From Podarcis vaucheri (lineage: Eukaryota): a stretch of DNA of 64,000 nt. The notes under the pieces are model-generated. The model ran no database searches and was not told where the DNA came from. It was given only the letters and a program-made list of their open reading frames with translations. The stretch is from the NCBI GenBank assembly GCA_965113315.1, contig OZ220367.1; one strand, 5' to 3'. Position numbers and translations under genes: made by a program. Below, one piece after another: positions 12,410 through 27,400 of this stretch (positions within the stretch are counted from its first letter, which is position 1; the number at the start of each line of letters is the position of its first letter).

Positions 12410-15400
12410 ATGCATGTATGCCTTGCAATCTTCTTCTTCTCAAACTATTTCCTCAGTTGGGATGGCCTTTTTTGTTGTCCCAGCATGGGCAATGGTCAAG
12501 CTCAGCAGCAATTACATGGACATGCCTAGCAGTTTTTGTATTGCATGGTAGCTTCAAACTAGACATAAACTGAAACATAGCACAAATCTTGTCAGGGATG
12601 CAGCAGGTCCCCATTTATGTAAGGGGCTGTGCCGCCATGGTTAGGAGTGGTCTCAAGGTTCCTCCCCCCCCCCAAAGTCAATTAATTGGTTAAACGCAAG
12701 GCAATTTAATCAGCTATTTAACCACTCAGTATAAATAAGTACAGTATCTTAATGCAGGAAATATTTTTGGAGATGTTTAACACAGCGTCACTTTACTAAA
12801 TAGGTAAATCATTAACTGTCTAGCAAATCATCTTAAGCCGTTGGCCCTGGCCCAAACAGCAGCTTCTGATATGGTGCATCTATGCAGGGTGTGGAGGGGT
12901 GGCTGCTGTTCGGGGGGGGGGGGAATTAACAGCTCCATAGCTTTTCCCATGTGCTTCTGAGAATTGAAACCCTTGTGTAAATCAATAGGAGGACATAGAT
13001 GTCAAAGGGACCTTTCACACTCTTTCCAATTAAGAGCTGCGTTTTATTTGCAATGAATTAATCACACCAGTTGATTAATATTCTCAGTTCTAATTGCTGC
13101 TGATGCCTTTGGCCCTTTGATAAAGTGGGACACTTTATAATGGTGATATAAGGGCAGACTGAAATCTAGATTTCCCTGGAGAAACATAGGATAATGTCTG
13201 CTTTCAAGATCTCCTATTCCATCTCTTTCCACTGTGAACCCTTTGGCTTGTGCCTTGGCAGGTCAGGAGGAGACAAGCTGCTTCCCACGCCCTCAGTGTC
13301 CCCAGGAGTGCACTTGCCTAGACACTGTTGTTCGCTGCAGCAACAAGCACCTGAAATCCCTCCCCAAAGGGATCCCCAAGAATGTCACAGAGCTGTGAGT
13401 AATGCTGCCTGGGCCCTTCTGCTGACGCTGCATCCGGGAAGAAGGGGCAATGTGGGAACTGGCAAGTCGCACCCATGGATGAAGGGGCTGGGAACAGCCT
13501 AGTGAGGGGCATGCAGCTTTATACCTTGCACTGTTCTGCAGATCATCCTCAAAAGCTAAACACTGATCCAGTGCATGCCACATTCTCTGTGGGTTCAAAA
13601 CTGGATGCCACTGAACTCTGAAGGGATTTTTTTATTTAGGGGAATGAATTCTGTGGCAGGTGGAAGGGGCCTGTAGTACTCTTATATTACTCTGCAGCGT
13701 TAATGAATCCAATGTTGATACCCTAGAATCAAACAGCTGGAAAACTGGAAGAAAGCAAGGCAGCCTGAGACAAACATAGTTTCAGATTTAGGAGAGCATG
13801 TATGCCACCCTGTTAGAAATACAGGTGTGAAACACAGGCATTTGCAAGTACAAGATAACTCAGATGGTTCTCCCTTAGCTGGCACCATTAACAGAGGAGC
13901 AGGGACGGTGCTTATCACTAGTTATAGCTTCTAGGTTTAGAGTCCTTTGAACACCATTGTTGGAAGTTTAACAATCCTCTCCTGTATTGCTGCTGTGACC
14001 TCTGATGCATCCTTCATTGTCCTTGCAGCTACTTGGATGGCAACCAATTCACCCTGGTTCCTGGACAGCTCTCCACCTTCCGTTACCTACAGCTGGTGTA
14101 AGTATCTGAGAAGAAGTGGCCTCGCCTGGGTCCCCGAGAGCTTGCCATAGTCTTTTTTTCAGAGAGGCAGGCGATGGGCTGTGGGCTGTGGCCTTTTCTC
14201 AGACATTTGTGCAGCATGTCTGTGGAAATTTTTAGACCAGGCCTAGGTGGGGAGTGGTGCAACTCATACCTCAGTGAACGCTGATCAATTGATTTGGCTT
14301 ACATGGTATCAGCCTTTGACTAGTACAGAGGGGCTGGTTGGGGGTACAGGAGATCTTTGTGGAATCAGGTGACCATTCTGTTTTCAGAATAAAGAGAATA
14401 AAGCAGGTGCAGAAAGGCCGAGTGGCACCCAGATGTTGTATCTCCCACCTGGTTCTTCCATCAAAATGCAAAAAAAAGCCTTTTCGTTAAAACACACATA
14501 TACCATAGAGCAATATGGAAGTAGAGAAGCTTCTGAAAAACAACAACAAGAGGGTGGTCAAAGAGGCTAGCATGAAGGATAAGAAATAATTTTTGCCTAA
14601 GGGAGAATTTGAGGGGAGGCATAGGACCCATTCTGAATTACATAAAATTATGCTTAACATATTAGCTTGTACAGCTGAAGAGGAGGTGAGAGGTGTAAGG
14701 CAAGAAAATTAACTATTAAATGTTTTTAGATTTTAGCCACCTTGGTTATGGGGTCAGATTCCCCAAAGAGGCTAAAATGCAAATGCTGTACAATTAAAAA
14801 AGCTGGATTCTCTTGAGCAAGATGCAGTTAACTCAGCTCAGGATATTGGGTGAAATGAATAATTCTAAAAACACCATCTAGTCCATCTGACTTGGGATTT
14901 GGAGTTCATCCATCTCTCTATTTACTTTGGTTTCCATGGGCATTAGAATAGCTTTGCTTTTCTGCTAAGGCACTGTGAGTCCTTTAGGAACTGATTTCAG
15001 TTCCGAAAGAGGTAGATCTGGCCTTCTGGCCTCTCATATATGGTTCCTGAAATTTTCTGAATGATAGCCTTTTCCCCTGCCCCATTGACCCCACCTCACT
15101 GACTTTTCATCTCAAATGTTTGTTTATTGCCTGCCTAAGGAATTCCAAAGGAACTTCACAGTTTATTTTATTTGCTGGCTGTTGAAATGCAGTTGAGTCT
15201 AAGTCTTAAGCACACTGACTCCAAGATTCACTCCATGCTCTGCAGGTCATCTTGTGGCTTTCCCTGGCCTTCAGAGCATGTGCACTGCTAGATTTCCTTC
15301 TTCCTACATGATACAGTTTATCAAGATTCCTTTCTAGCAGCACCAGACAGAGAAGAGTTTAGAAGAATTAGCTGACATCATGCAGTTATCGGCCCAGAGC

Positions 15401-18400
15401 TGTTGCCAAAGGAGAAGGCAGATTTGAAGGTGCCACCAGCGCTGCATCTGCTGGATGTTCAATCTGTGGAGCCACTGTTCACATGAGAGCGTCCTTAGAT
15501 ATGCAAAAGACTGTAGAGTTTGAATGCAGAAATCTGGGAAGGACAGAATTGTTCCATCCCTATTTTCTCAAATGGAAATAGGGACACCCCATTCCATAAT
15601 GATTATTTTACTATTTTTACTCCATACATCTTATTGGGTTGCCCCAGCACTCTGGGCAGCTTCCAACATACATAAAATAATAATAAAACATTATTTTTTT
15701 AAAAAAAAAAATCTTCCCTGTACAGGATTGCCTTCCTGTGGCTTGGGAGTTGGATAACTCCATATACCCTCCAACATTTCTCCAATGAAAATAGGGATAT
15801 CCTAAGGAAAAGCAGGACATTCTGGGATCAAATCAGAAACCAGGATGGCTTCTCTAAATGAGGGACTTCCCTGGAAAATAGGGATACTTGGGGGGGTCTG
15901 TTCTATAGGAAGAGAGAGTTAAATGTGATGTGAGCTTGCACAGTGCTTTTGTCTTACAGGGATCTGAGCAACAACAAGATCAGCTCTCTCAGCAACTCAT
16001 CCTTCACCAATATGAGCCAGCTCACCACTCTGTGAGTGCCCAATACAGCATTTGAATAGCAGATCAGAAAGGGAGGATGTCCTACTGCCTCCAAGCAAAA
16101 AGAGGCCTCCTCTACAGGGAGAGAAATGCCTTTTTAAATGACTGATGTTACAGTATACTGGCTTATACTGTGCAAAGCAGGGGAGAAATGCCATTGATCC
16201 CTGGGGTCTACTGCCTGGCCAAAGAGAACATCAATTGATGGGGTGGCAGTTGCTGGTTCCAACTAACTAAACAGGAATGCATGCCTACTGCAGTTCATTC
16301 TTGTCTACAAAGTGTTCTGTGACAACAACTACTTATAATCTGGAATTTCCTTAAATCCATGTGACCCATACACATGTACTCGTCTGTTCCCATCCTGATA
16401 TTAGCTTATAAATCCTAAAGCTGCTACATCATCATTAACGTTAGGTTAGGAGGTTTCTTTCTGTTCTATTGACTGTGGTGTTCAGTTTCTGAGTTCCAAG
16501 CTTAAGGGTCAACCAGAAAGGCTGGAAACTTATTTTCATTTAAAAGACAAATGTAGGATTGAATGCCTCAGTCAATAAATACAATTAAATTGTTTTCTAG
16601 CAGCCAGAGCCTTGAAATTACAGGATTTTAGTGGGATTTCAGTCATCCCAATTGAAAGGGGGCTGGTGACACATATTGTTGATTGATCTCTTGAGTAATA
16701 TATTTAAAATCATCTTAGCAGTAAATAGAATGCCACTGCTATTTAACTGAAAGACACCTATCCTTTAAAAAAAAAAAGTTGAACTGAGTTGAATAGAAGT
16801 AATGTAGAGAGTAAAAATCCTTCATTGGCCAGCAGACCCTATTATTTTCTGTGTTACCATCAAAGTTGCAATTTTAGACTCATGCCAACTACTTGACCAA
16901 TCTGGAGAGAGTATGAACTTCATGGGTTGTTAGCATCGTCATTGAGTGGAATCCAACCATACCCCAAGAACACACTGTGCCCCAGTTTATGTGAGCTGCC
17001 CATTAGAGAATCTTGAAAGAAACAATGGCTTGGCTCCTAAGGTGTGCTAACTTAGGGAACTTCACAGAAGGAAATTTTCCTGTCCGTCCCCCCCTCCCCC
17101 GTGCCCTGCAAAAAGCCTGTCAGTAGACTTGGTGGGGGTGGCTCCTGAACAATGGGGGGGGGGTGGGCACAGAGGTTTGCTGGAGGAGGAAAGGCCAGGA
17201 GGGTTTCCTTCTGTGAATTTTCTTACATTAGCTTACCTTAGGATCTGAGTCCAATTTTAGGGAGACCCCCCACCCCACCTGCAGGAGAAGCGTTTTTGAT
17301 GGGCACAGGGAGCAGGAGGGAATAAACTTTCCTTCCTTTAACTAATATGGGGCCTGGGGGAGGGATATCAGACAGTATGTGGACTGTGTTTTTTTTTAGG
17401 AATGTGTGATGATTCAAACTCTTCCTTTTCTCCACCATCCCTCAGGATCCTCAGCTACAATGCCCTGCAGTGTATCCCTCCCTTGGCCTTTGAGGGTCTC
17501 CGTTCACTACGGCTGCTGTAGGTGCCTTGTATTCCTGTATTCCCCTCTGCCCCAGTTCAAGGAGAATCCCCTCACTGGAGTCTGACTTTGGCCTAATTCC
17601 TGGGAAACTGTTACTTTAAGAAGTGAGCAGCCAGGCAATTGTTGGGGAGGGAGTACAATGGGCTGAGGGACCCTCCATTTGCTTAGTTTGTGTGTGTTAT
17701 GTGTCATATGGACATCCACTTTGCTCTCCTTGTTTGTTTGGCTAGTTAGGGCTCAGCTACACATCATCTGGGCACAGAGGAGGCAGTCGTATCATAAGTC
17801 CACGTGTTCATAATTCAGTGCTTGACATATGATGCAGATGGTATGGGGGGGGGAGTCTAAAAACCCCAATTACTGACTTCCCTGGTTTTAGGCAGATCAT
17901 GCTCCCCTAACCTTCTTAAAGGGTCCATCAAAACAGGTAAGAGAGGTGGGTCCCACAGTCCAGGACACTGAGAATGCTACTTGTGTTTTGTGCACAGGTC
18001 CCTCCATGGAAATGATGTTGCTACACTTCCTGAGGGGATATTTGCTGATGTCATCTCCCTATCTCACCTGTGAGTATTTGCATCAGTTTGAACACCCATT
18101 CTTTCCTCTTGCATGAGAATCCCAGCTTGGCACTACTACATGATGCTCTGTGGGACAGTACTTGGAAGGCAAAAGCTAGAAAGCATCCTTTGTTTCCCGT
18201 TGTTTATCCACCAGGTCAGAGAATGATGCTAGGCAGGGGTAAAGCCTATTTTCATTTTGGTGTGATGGCTGCCTTGGCTGACATGATGGCAGACGTTGTG
18301 TGCTCTGCATGCTGAACAGCAGCAGGAACTGGTCTGGTTCTGCTTTCTTGCAATGTTGCTGAAGTTCCTCCTGGCACCTTTTATCAGGAGGCAGCAACCA

Positions 18401-21400
18401 AGCTTGCGGTCCTGTAGTTTGCACCTCTTAAGTAAGGCAAAGGAGTTAGCATGTGTGTGTGCACACACACACACACACACACACACCAGGCTGTACTGGC
18501 TCTTAATGCCCAGTTGACTGTGGGTGGGGTGGGGGAAGGAAGTTGGGGAGGAAGTTGTGTTGTGCCTCTTGTCTTCTACTGCACTTCAGAATAATGCAGG
18601 AGAAACCAACGTAGACCAGCACCCCACTGCTCAGAACTATAAAGCACTGCAACAGACTCTACCTGGGTTAGGGTCTAAGAAGAAGGATGGGGAAAGGTAC
18701 ATTTAGGGGAAGAATGGGGTATGTTTTTTGTTTAGGGTTTTCCCCCCTAGCAGGACCCTCAGCCTGCAGAGCAATTTCAGCCTTCATTGTTTCTCAATTT
18801 ACATACATCTGAAAAGATTTTAGATATGCTAATAAGCAGCACCTCTAGGCAAGGCGGCAACCCTAGGGACTACCTCTATGTGTGTTCATCACTCAGCACC
18901 CGCACCCTGAAGTGATGAGTGGTACCAACACCATGCATTACGGTGGCCGCAATTTGCACATTTAGCTGCATCTTATTGAGTGATGTTGTCAGGAACTGAG
19001 ATAGCAAGTTGCAAGCCAGCATGTGTGAATCATACCTTTAAGAACAGTATGAAGAAAGAGAGAGACTACCTCAGATTGCAGCTATGTTGCTCTATGAGGG
19101 CAGTTTCAGAGTCTGAAAATAGAAACCTTACTTATTACCGTATTTTTCGCTCTATAACACGCACCTGACCATAACACGCACATCGTTTTTAGAGGAGGAA
19201 AACAAGGGAAAAAATATTCTGAATGAAACAGTGGACGTATCATTTTTGTGCTTCATGCTGTGGCCACAGACATGTGATCTGATGGTGAATTTGGGGTGAC
19301 CCAATGCAAAAATCCTGAGAATCCCTGTGGATCCATGCTTTGTAACCACGTTTTTGCACCATTGCAGCCCCAGGCAACAGTGGGTGCGTGATTTTTTTGG
19401 GGGGGGCAGGCTGTAGCCATGGACATGCTATGTGCTCTGATGGTGAATTTTGGCTGACCCAATGCAAAGTTCCTGAGGATCCATGTGTACCCATACTTTT
19501 TAACCACGTTTTTGCACCATTGCAGCCCCAGGCAACAATGGGTGTGTGATTTTGGGGGGGCAGGCTGTAGCCATGGACATGCTGTGTGCTCTGATGGTGA
19601 ATTTGGGGTGACCCAATGCAAAGATCCTGAGGATCCATGTGGATCCATGCTTTGTAACCACATTTTAAGTGGGGAGGGAAGGAAAAACACAGAAGGCTAA
19701 GAATGCAGGAGAGGGCTATAACGTGAGGAAAGGAAGGCAAAAGTTTCCCCCCACCCACCCACACAAGCCAGCCACTGTTTAAGGATTTCATCCTTTTAAA
19801 TGGAAGAAAGCATATTTGAATGCTGTGTGTCTCCAAAAACAAAAAGCAGGAAGTCAAATCAGAATTTTAAGCCGAACCTGTAATCTCTCTTCCCTTCACA
19901 TACATTGTTCCCTCCGGAGCAGGGACAGGATAGAGCGACGCTCTGCTTTCCTCTCTACTTGCCTGGAGGGGAGGGGCTTTCCCTGCTCTTTGTTCCGTTT
20001 GAGCAAACACAGTAACAAAACAGAGCAGGGAGGGCAGTAAGACCCTGAGGCAGAATGCAGGAAAGCAGCAACTTCCTGTCTCACGGAGCTCCCTTCTCCC
20101 TGAAGCGCGGTTTGATTTTTGCCTTATTTTTCGGCTCCAGCGACCACACATTCGCTGCATAACACGCACAGACATTTCCCCTTCCTTTTTAGGAGAAAAA
20201 ATCTGCGTGTTATAGAGCGAAAAATACGGTAATCAGTTCCATGGCCACTAGAGGCAGCCAGAGAGATCAAATGCAATGATTGACAGCCCCCCTCCAGACC
20301 TTAAGGAGTTATGTAGAGATTCTGGTTCTCCCTGCTTCACAGAGCCATCGGTGCCAACCCACTGCACTGTGATTGCCACATGCGCTGGCTCTCAGGCTGG
20401 GTCAAAACTGGCTACAAGGAGCCTGGCATTGCCCGCTGTGCTGGCCCTGCGGATATGGAGGGCAAACTGCTGCTCACCACTCCTGCCAAGAAGTTTGAGT
20501 GCCAAGGTAAGTGAATAAATACTTTATAGGATACTTTATTCATTTTGTAGAGCAGCTTTGTCTAAACAATGGCTCTTTCTGGTCCACCCTACCCTGCCCA
20601 GTTGCTCTTTGGCCCTCTTCCCTTTCCCAACCAAACTGGGACCGAGGTTGGGGCACCTTAGCTCCAAGGCAGGTCAGGTAAACAGTTTGGGTAACTCCAA
20701 GTACTATAGGGCTTGGGCCTGTTGGTTGAGCATGAGGCACATAGTGAGGGAGCATGAGGGCTGTTAATGTGTGAGGAGGGGGGAGATGAAAGGAAGGGTT
20801 TTATGCTAGTAATTGGAACTGTGGCGAGGCTTGTGCAGCTTCTGTGTCTCACCACATTGGCCCACACATGTGCTACTCCTATCATGTTTGGTCCATAGTG
20901 TTGAGAAGGTAAGATGAGTGTCTTGGTGAAGGAAGACCTGGAGGAAGGACACAGGCTGGAGGCTATGTTGCCTCCTCCTTCCATAGCCTTCTCATCCAGC
21001 TAAGTCACTAGAGACAAATCCAGCCTAGCTGACGTGGTAAGAGTGTCTATATAGGAGCACTCCAACTGTTCGCATCTTCCAGCCTGTTCCGGGCCTCTCT
21101 ATATGGCAAACCCCATTGGGCTGTTTGTTCATCATCCAAAGGTCTTTCCCATCAGTTGCCACCCAGCCCCCCCTTTTTAAAAACTGGAGGAGCCAGGGAT
21201 TGAACCTAGGAAATTCTGCATGCAACGCATGTGTCCCAGCACTGAGCTACAGGGCCTCCTATTTAAAGAAGAAAAGCAAGTAAGCACAACCTGGCTTTGT
21301 GCCACAGAGTGGGGTGGGGAGGCTCTCCTTTCAGAACTCCTCCATCTGTTAATATATATTCAGCTCCACCATTAATCCGTTTGCGATCTCCTCTATGTTT

Positions 21401-24400
21401 CTGGCAAGTGCCTTGCAAAAGATTCTGGCCAAGAAGGGGGACAGTCTTCACAGGAGGATGTGTGGAAATCCTCCCTCCCGTTCAGTGATTCTTTGGCTCT
21501 GACTCCAATTCCTAGTTGTCTGGTTTCTTTCATCTATGCAGGGCCTCCTCCCCTCATCATCCAGGCCAAGTGTAACCCCTGCCTCTCCAGTCCCTGTCAA
21601 AATAGGGGCACATGTCAACAAGACCCTTTGGACTCCTACCGCTGTATCTGCCCCAGTGGCTACAAGGTGAGAAGAGGGATGGGGGGGAGGAGAGGGGTGA
21701 CTAGGGAGGGTGTAGGGATCATTGACAAAGGGAAGGATTGGGCTTTCTCCCTGCTTTGGGGACCATAGCCTCTGACAGCTTGTGTCGACCAAAAGAAAAA
21801 GGCTCAGAGAAGGACCAAGACATGGTGGAAGGAACCCATTCTCCAGTTTGACAACCAGCCTAGTTTATCACTGCCATCAGGAATGGGTGAGATGCACTCT
21901 CAGTCCCTACTGATTGGACCTAGAGCTGCCACTATTTCTGGGGGTGGGAGTGGGGAATGTGGAACTGTCTGTTTCATCTGAATGTTCGCCAGATGTTTTG
22001 ATCTAGAGTGTCCATTGTCCCTGATCATGATGGAAACTGAACTTCAAAACTTACAGAGGATGCTTGGTTGGGAAGGCAACTCTTGACTAATAGCTATAAA
22101 GGAAATCCTGGTGGCGAAAACAAGCAATCCCAAAAAGGACAGCCTGCATTATTTATAGGCAGAAATTCCTATTATTATTATTTTGTTGTTCTTTTATGGC
22201 TGATGAGCAAGGACCTGAGACTGAGAAACCTCACGTCCTGGCCAGAGCTTTATCATTTGTTCTTTGTATTGTGGCTGCTACTTCTCCTTGTCTTATTCCA
22301 GGGCCAAAACTGTGAACTCTCTGTGGATGGCTGCTCCAGCAGACCCTGTGAGAATGGTGGGACCTGCCTGTCTCACGAGGGCAGCGAAGCCAGCTTCACG
22401 TGAGTGGCTGCTCAGGTTCTCAAATGGGGGGGAAATGGTAGAGATTTCGGTAGCGACTTTGGGGAAGAGTTTAGGGCAAGAATTAGAAGAAAGCAAAAGG
22501 AAGAGTTTGGGGCATGACAAGGAGAATAAAGACAGCAGGCCTCCCTAAGAAAGAGGAACCTGATGGGGCTTGAAAGGAGAAAATAGGGGGAAGGGGAGTG
22601 GGGGTTGGCCGGGTGATGGGCTCGAGAGAGTTTCATACCTTGTTCTGTGAGGCTTTGGTGGTATGTGGTAGAGATGAGAGCACCTCTTCAGCAGTAAAAA
22701 AAGGGGCGAGGAGGAGAAGTGGGAGTCCACAGGGATGTTACTGGGCAGAGAGAGATGAGGTCTCTTTGATATCCAAAGGATTCCTAATTGGTAAGGCAAA
22801 AAGCATCACCTTTTATGCTTACCTTGGGCTTAAAAATTAGCATAAAAGCAAAGAAGGCAAAACCTGTCTTCCTGGCAGTGAATGAGTGTAAAGAAATTAA
22901 AATGGTGTCTAAGATGTTTGCAAAATGGCTTCTTACAAATGCATCTTAATCTGCTGTTTATGTGAGTTGGAGAAAAGAGATTAACGTGTCTTTTGGACTC
23001 TGCAGACAAGAGCCTCAGGCAATCAAAACTTCTTGATTAGTAATCGTGAAAGTGATATTTTGGTGGCCATATCCTTGTCTATGGTGCTCTTTCGTTTACT
23101 TCTAAATTTACAAATTATAAGGGAGGAATGGCAGAGATTTACAGTGAAAGGAGACAATGAATTTGCCAGGGGCTTTTGCAGCTCAGCTTGCTTGGAACAT
23201 GTGAGCTTGGCTTTCTGTAATGGAGACTCTCTTGAGGCCTCTCCAGACTAAAACCAATGTCCTTCTGAGGTGCAGGCCATCATAACAAAAGCTGGATGTT
23301 TTTAGGGGTGCTTTGTAACAGATTTGGGGGAAAGATTTGGGAAGCATTCTGTTGATACTGTGCAAAAAGGCACTCTTTACCCTCCACCAAGATTGTCCAC
23401 CACCACAATCACTAATCCTGGAAGCCGTAGTCAGTTTCTTTCTGTAAAAATGGGTTGGGACCCGGCAGGGGGAACCTTTTAAGACGTATACAGCCTCTTG
23501 GGGAGCTGTAGCTCTGGTTTGCAGTTGGACCTCAACGCACAGGGCTCCTCCCCACTTCACTCTCCAGAGTACAGTGTGGGTGGCTTTCTGGGAAACAGAC
23601 CATAATTAGTGGCTGAAAATAAACCACAGGCAGTAGAGAGAGAATGGGGCCCTAGCCCTTTCTGTGTACCCAAATTGCCAAGATGCTAAATGGCCTCTCA
23701 TCCCGTCACCATAACAACCCAGCATCTTCAAAGCCAGCACATAATGTCCTTTGGGGGTTGTCAAAGCTGTTTGCCTGCACATGCCAGACTAGATTCTGCC
23801 TTTGGGGAAAGGTAGTAGGCAGGGAGATGAGCCCTCTAGGAAAGGATATCAAGACCCTCAGCCTGCAGAGCCATTCAATATGCCAGAGACGAAAGGTCTT
23901 CAGTTCTTCCACCTCTGCTTCCTCTTCCAGCTAAATAGGCTACAGGCAGTATAAATGGAAATGACAGCATATGCAGCACACACTCACCTGTGCTTTTAGT
24001 ACAACAGACCCCCCCAACACGCAAATATATGTGAATGCAATGCGTCCCTTTCCTGATGTGTGCACAGATGTGACATGGTACACGTAAATGAATCTCAAGT
24101 TCAGACCCACGCAGTACACAACCAGGCGCATGCATACACAGCACCACATGCATTATGTACATAGAACTGTAGATACAGCACACACACTGATCTAGCTTGG
24201 GCATGCAAAGGCAGCCATAGGTATAGCTTTGTAAATTGATTTTATTTGCCTGTTTGCTGGTTTACATTTTTATTTAAGATAGTTGTATACTGCCCTTCAT
24301 GAAAATGGATTTCAGGGTGGTTTATATAAAAAAAAAATTCAACAACCAGAGAAAAATACAGTAAACACACCCGAAACCACTGCTGAGTAGCAAGAAACAG

Positions 24401-27400
24401 TTAAGTGACAATACTTAAACAAACATTTAGGCACATTTAATGTTGAGTGTCATATCCTCTGACTTCTCACATCTGTGTCTTTTTCTTGCCCATCCCAAGG
24501 GTCCTCTTTTCTTCTTCTTCTTTAACCCCTCCCTTCCCCTGCCTGTTCCACTACTCAACTTAAAGCCCCTCCAAATCATAGCTGTCAACTTTTCCCTTTT
24601 CTTGCGAGGAATCCTATTCGGAATAAGGGAATTTCCCTTTTAAAAAGGGAAACATTGACAGCTATGCTCCAAGGGTGTCTGCCCCAGAACTCTCCTGGAA
24701 ACAATAATCTCTTTAACCCCTTCTATGCCGAGTGGCCTCCAAAGTGGATCCATCTACATCCTACCAACCAGAGATGAAAGTGCCTCAGGTTCAAGACAGT
24801 GCAATATTCAGAACCATTGGTGGAGCATTGAATGTTCTTCTGGCAAAGCCCTGACTTCCTTTCACTCTTCTTTGAGCTCTTTTCAAGAATGATAAAGAAA
24901 AACCACCCACAAAACCCCTGAAATGCCCCAAAGTGAGCAGCTTCTAACCTCTCCGTTTGCTAAACAACCCTCATTTCCCTTTTGACAGGTGTTCCTGCGT
25001 GGATGGATTTGAAGGTCCAACCTGCAGTCTAAGGACCAACAACTGCAACAATAACAATTGCAAGAACGGTGCCACATGCATTAATGGATCCAGCAATTAC
25101 ACATGCTTATGCCTTCCGTTGTTCACAGGTAGGGCCAGGCTTGTAATGGAAGAGGATGCACTTGAAGAGAAGCAGAAGAGAGCTAAGGTAGCAAAACATA
25201 AACTTCTAAGCTGGTCAGTGCCAGAGGCAGGCTTATCCTAAGGATCTGACTCCAGTGCCCAACATTTACTTTTTTTAGTTTAGTGGTAGCACCTCTCCTC
25301 CACCAATACCTGAAGATAACCCAATGCATTTTTTTAAACTAACTCTAGCTTCCCAAAGTAGTAGTTTCCCCTTCCCTGCCAGGTTAGTATCTAGCCCGTG
25401 AACAATAGTGTCTTTCCCTGAACAACAGAAGGAAATCCACCTATACCCTGGTTGAATATTGAGTCATGGGTTTGGGAGTTAGATACAAATAACAGCATTC
25501 TGGGCTGAAGCATGAGACTATAAATATTTTATTTTAAATTATTTCATAAAATTTATTGTTAAAAGAAAAACCACCCCTCAAAATAGTTTGGCATCTATTG
25601 TATGAATGGAAGGTTGCCATACCTTATCTCACAGTGCTTCTAGTGGGCTGCCCATGAGATAGGGTTGCCATACGTCTGGAATTTTCTGGACATATCTGGA
25701 ATATTGTAGTACATCCTGCTAAGATGTCTGGGAAAATCTGGACGTTTTTGCTGATTTTCTTAAAAACTAACTTAAAAACGTCATGTGAATCTGCCCAAAA
25801 AGCTCAACAACTTTGGGCAAACTAAGAAAAAGCTCAATAACTTTGTGGGTCCAGATATGGAAACCCTCCCATAAGTTGTTGGTTCTGTTGCACAGATGCA
25901 AGTGATGGGACAGCAAAGGTTGTTCTTCCTCATTCCCTTCCCTGCCCTTTCCTTGGGGGAGCTGGTTCAGCCAAATGCAGACGGGGCCCGGGGGACATGA
26001 GGCCTGAGCCTGCTTCTCTCTACTTTTCTCTCCTTCCTGCAGGGACTTACTGTGAGCAGCTAATGGATGTCTGCTCCCTGGAGCTTAGCCCCTGCCAGCA
26101 TGATGCCGTGTGCAGGGTTACCCCTGATGGGCCCAAGTGAGTGATTTAGCAGTTACCATTGGTGGCATGGGGGGAAGCAGAAGATTTAAACCTACAGCAA
26201 ACCAGGGGAATTGCAACAGACTTCTAAAGTGGATAGGAAAGGGATGCAGCTACATCCAGTGAGTGGCTTCTTCCTGTCCCTGCCTACAGATGTGAATGCA
26301 TGCCCGGCTTTGTGGGAGATAATTGCAGTGTAGACTATGACGACTGCCTAGACCATCGCTGCCAGAACAACGCCAAGTGCTTTGATGAGCCAAATGGATA
26401 TTCCTGCCTTTGTACTGGAGGCTACAGGTAAGGTTGTGAGATGGGCAGGAGTATATACCAGTTCAACTCATTCTAAGCTACCTGCAAACCTCAACACTTG
26501 GGATTGCCCTCTACTGGAAGAGTTCCACAAGGGTGGCTGGGAGAAAGAGGTACAACAAAAAGAGTGATCAGCTGTTACCAGAAGTGTCAAACAGTGATTA
26601 CCGTATTTTTCGCCCTATAGGATGCACTTTCCCCCCTCCAAAAATGAAGGGGAAATGTGTGTGCGTCCTATGGGGCGAATGCAGGCTTTCGCTGAAGCCT
26701 GGAGCGTGAGAGGGATCGGTGCGCACCGACCCCTCTCACTCTCCAGGCTTCAGGAAGCTATCTGCAAGCCTTGGGAGCTTCCCGCCGGGCTCCCAAGGCT
26801 TGCGGACAGCAAGCTCCGGGAGCGATGGCAAAGTTGAGCACAACCTCGCCGTCACTCCCGGACCCGTTCTGGGGGCTGGGGTTGGGGGAAGCTCGGGCTT
26901 CCCCCACCCCCAGCCCAGCAAGCTCCAGGAGCGATGGGGAGGTTGCGCAACCTCGCCTTTGCTCCCGGACCCCCAGCCCCAAGGCTAAAAATAAAGCCAG
27001 GATAGCTAGCGGGATCCATCCCGCTCACTGTCATGGCTTCTTTGCTCTTTGGGGCTTGGGGGGGAGGAATAATTTTTTTTCTTTATCCCCCCCCCCAAAA
27101 AATAAGTGCACCCTCTGGGCCGGTGCGCCCTATAGGGCGAAAAATACGGTAGTTTTAAGAGCCTTGCTGTTTCCAGAGTTGTTTGACTGTGCTTATGAGA
27201 TTAAAAGAATGCATCTCACATTTGCTGGGACTTTGTACCACACAAGGAGTTACAGGCCTAGTGTGAATTGCTCTGCCCACCAAGGAGTTGAGACAAGTTG
27301 TTCTGAACATCCTGGCAAAAGTAGTTCCTGTATACAGGGAAGTAATGTACAGAGATATGCAACACAGCTGTGTCCTGCAGCTGAGGTCAGCTTAAAAGAC

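Noticed and set aside
21180-21258. tRNA gene (A and B boxes present)
   Set aside because: Degenerate head of a SINE continuous with SINE body; same applies at 11349, 30040 and the Sauria SINE heads.
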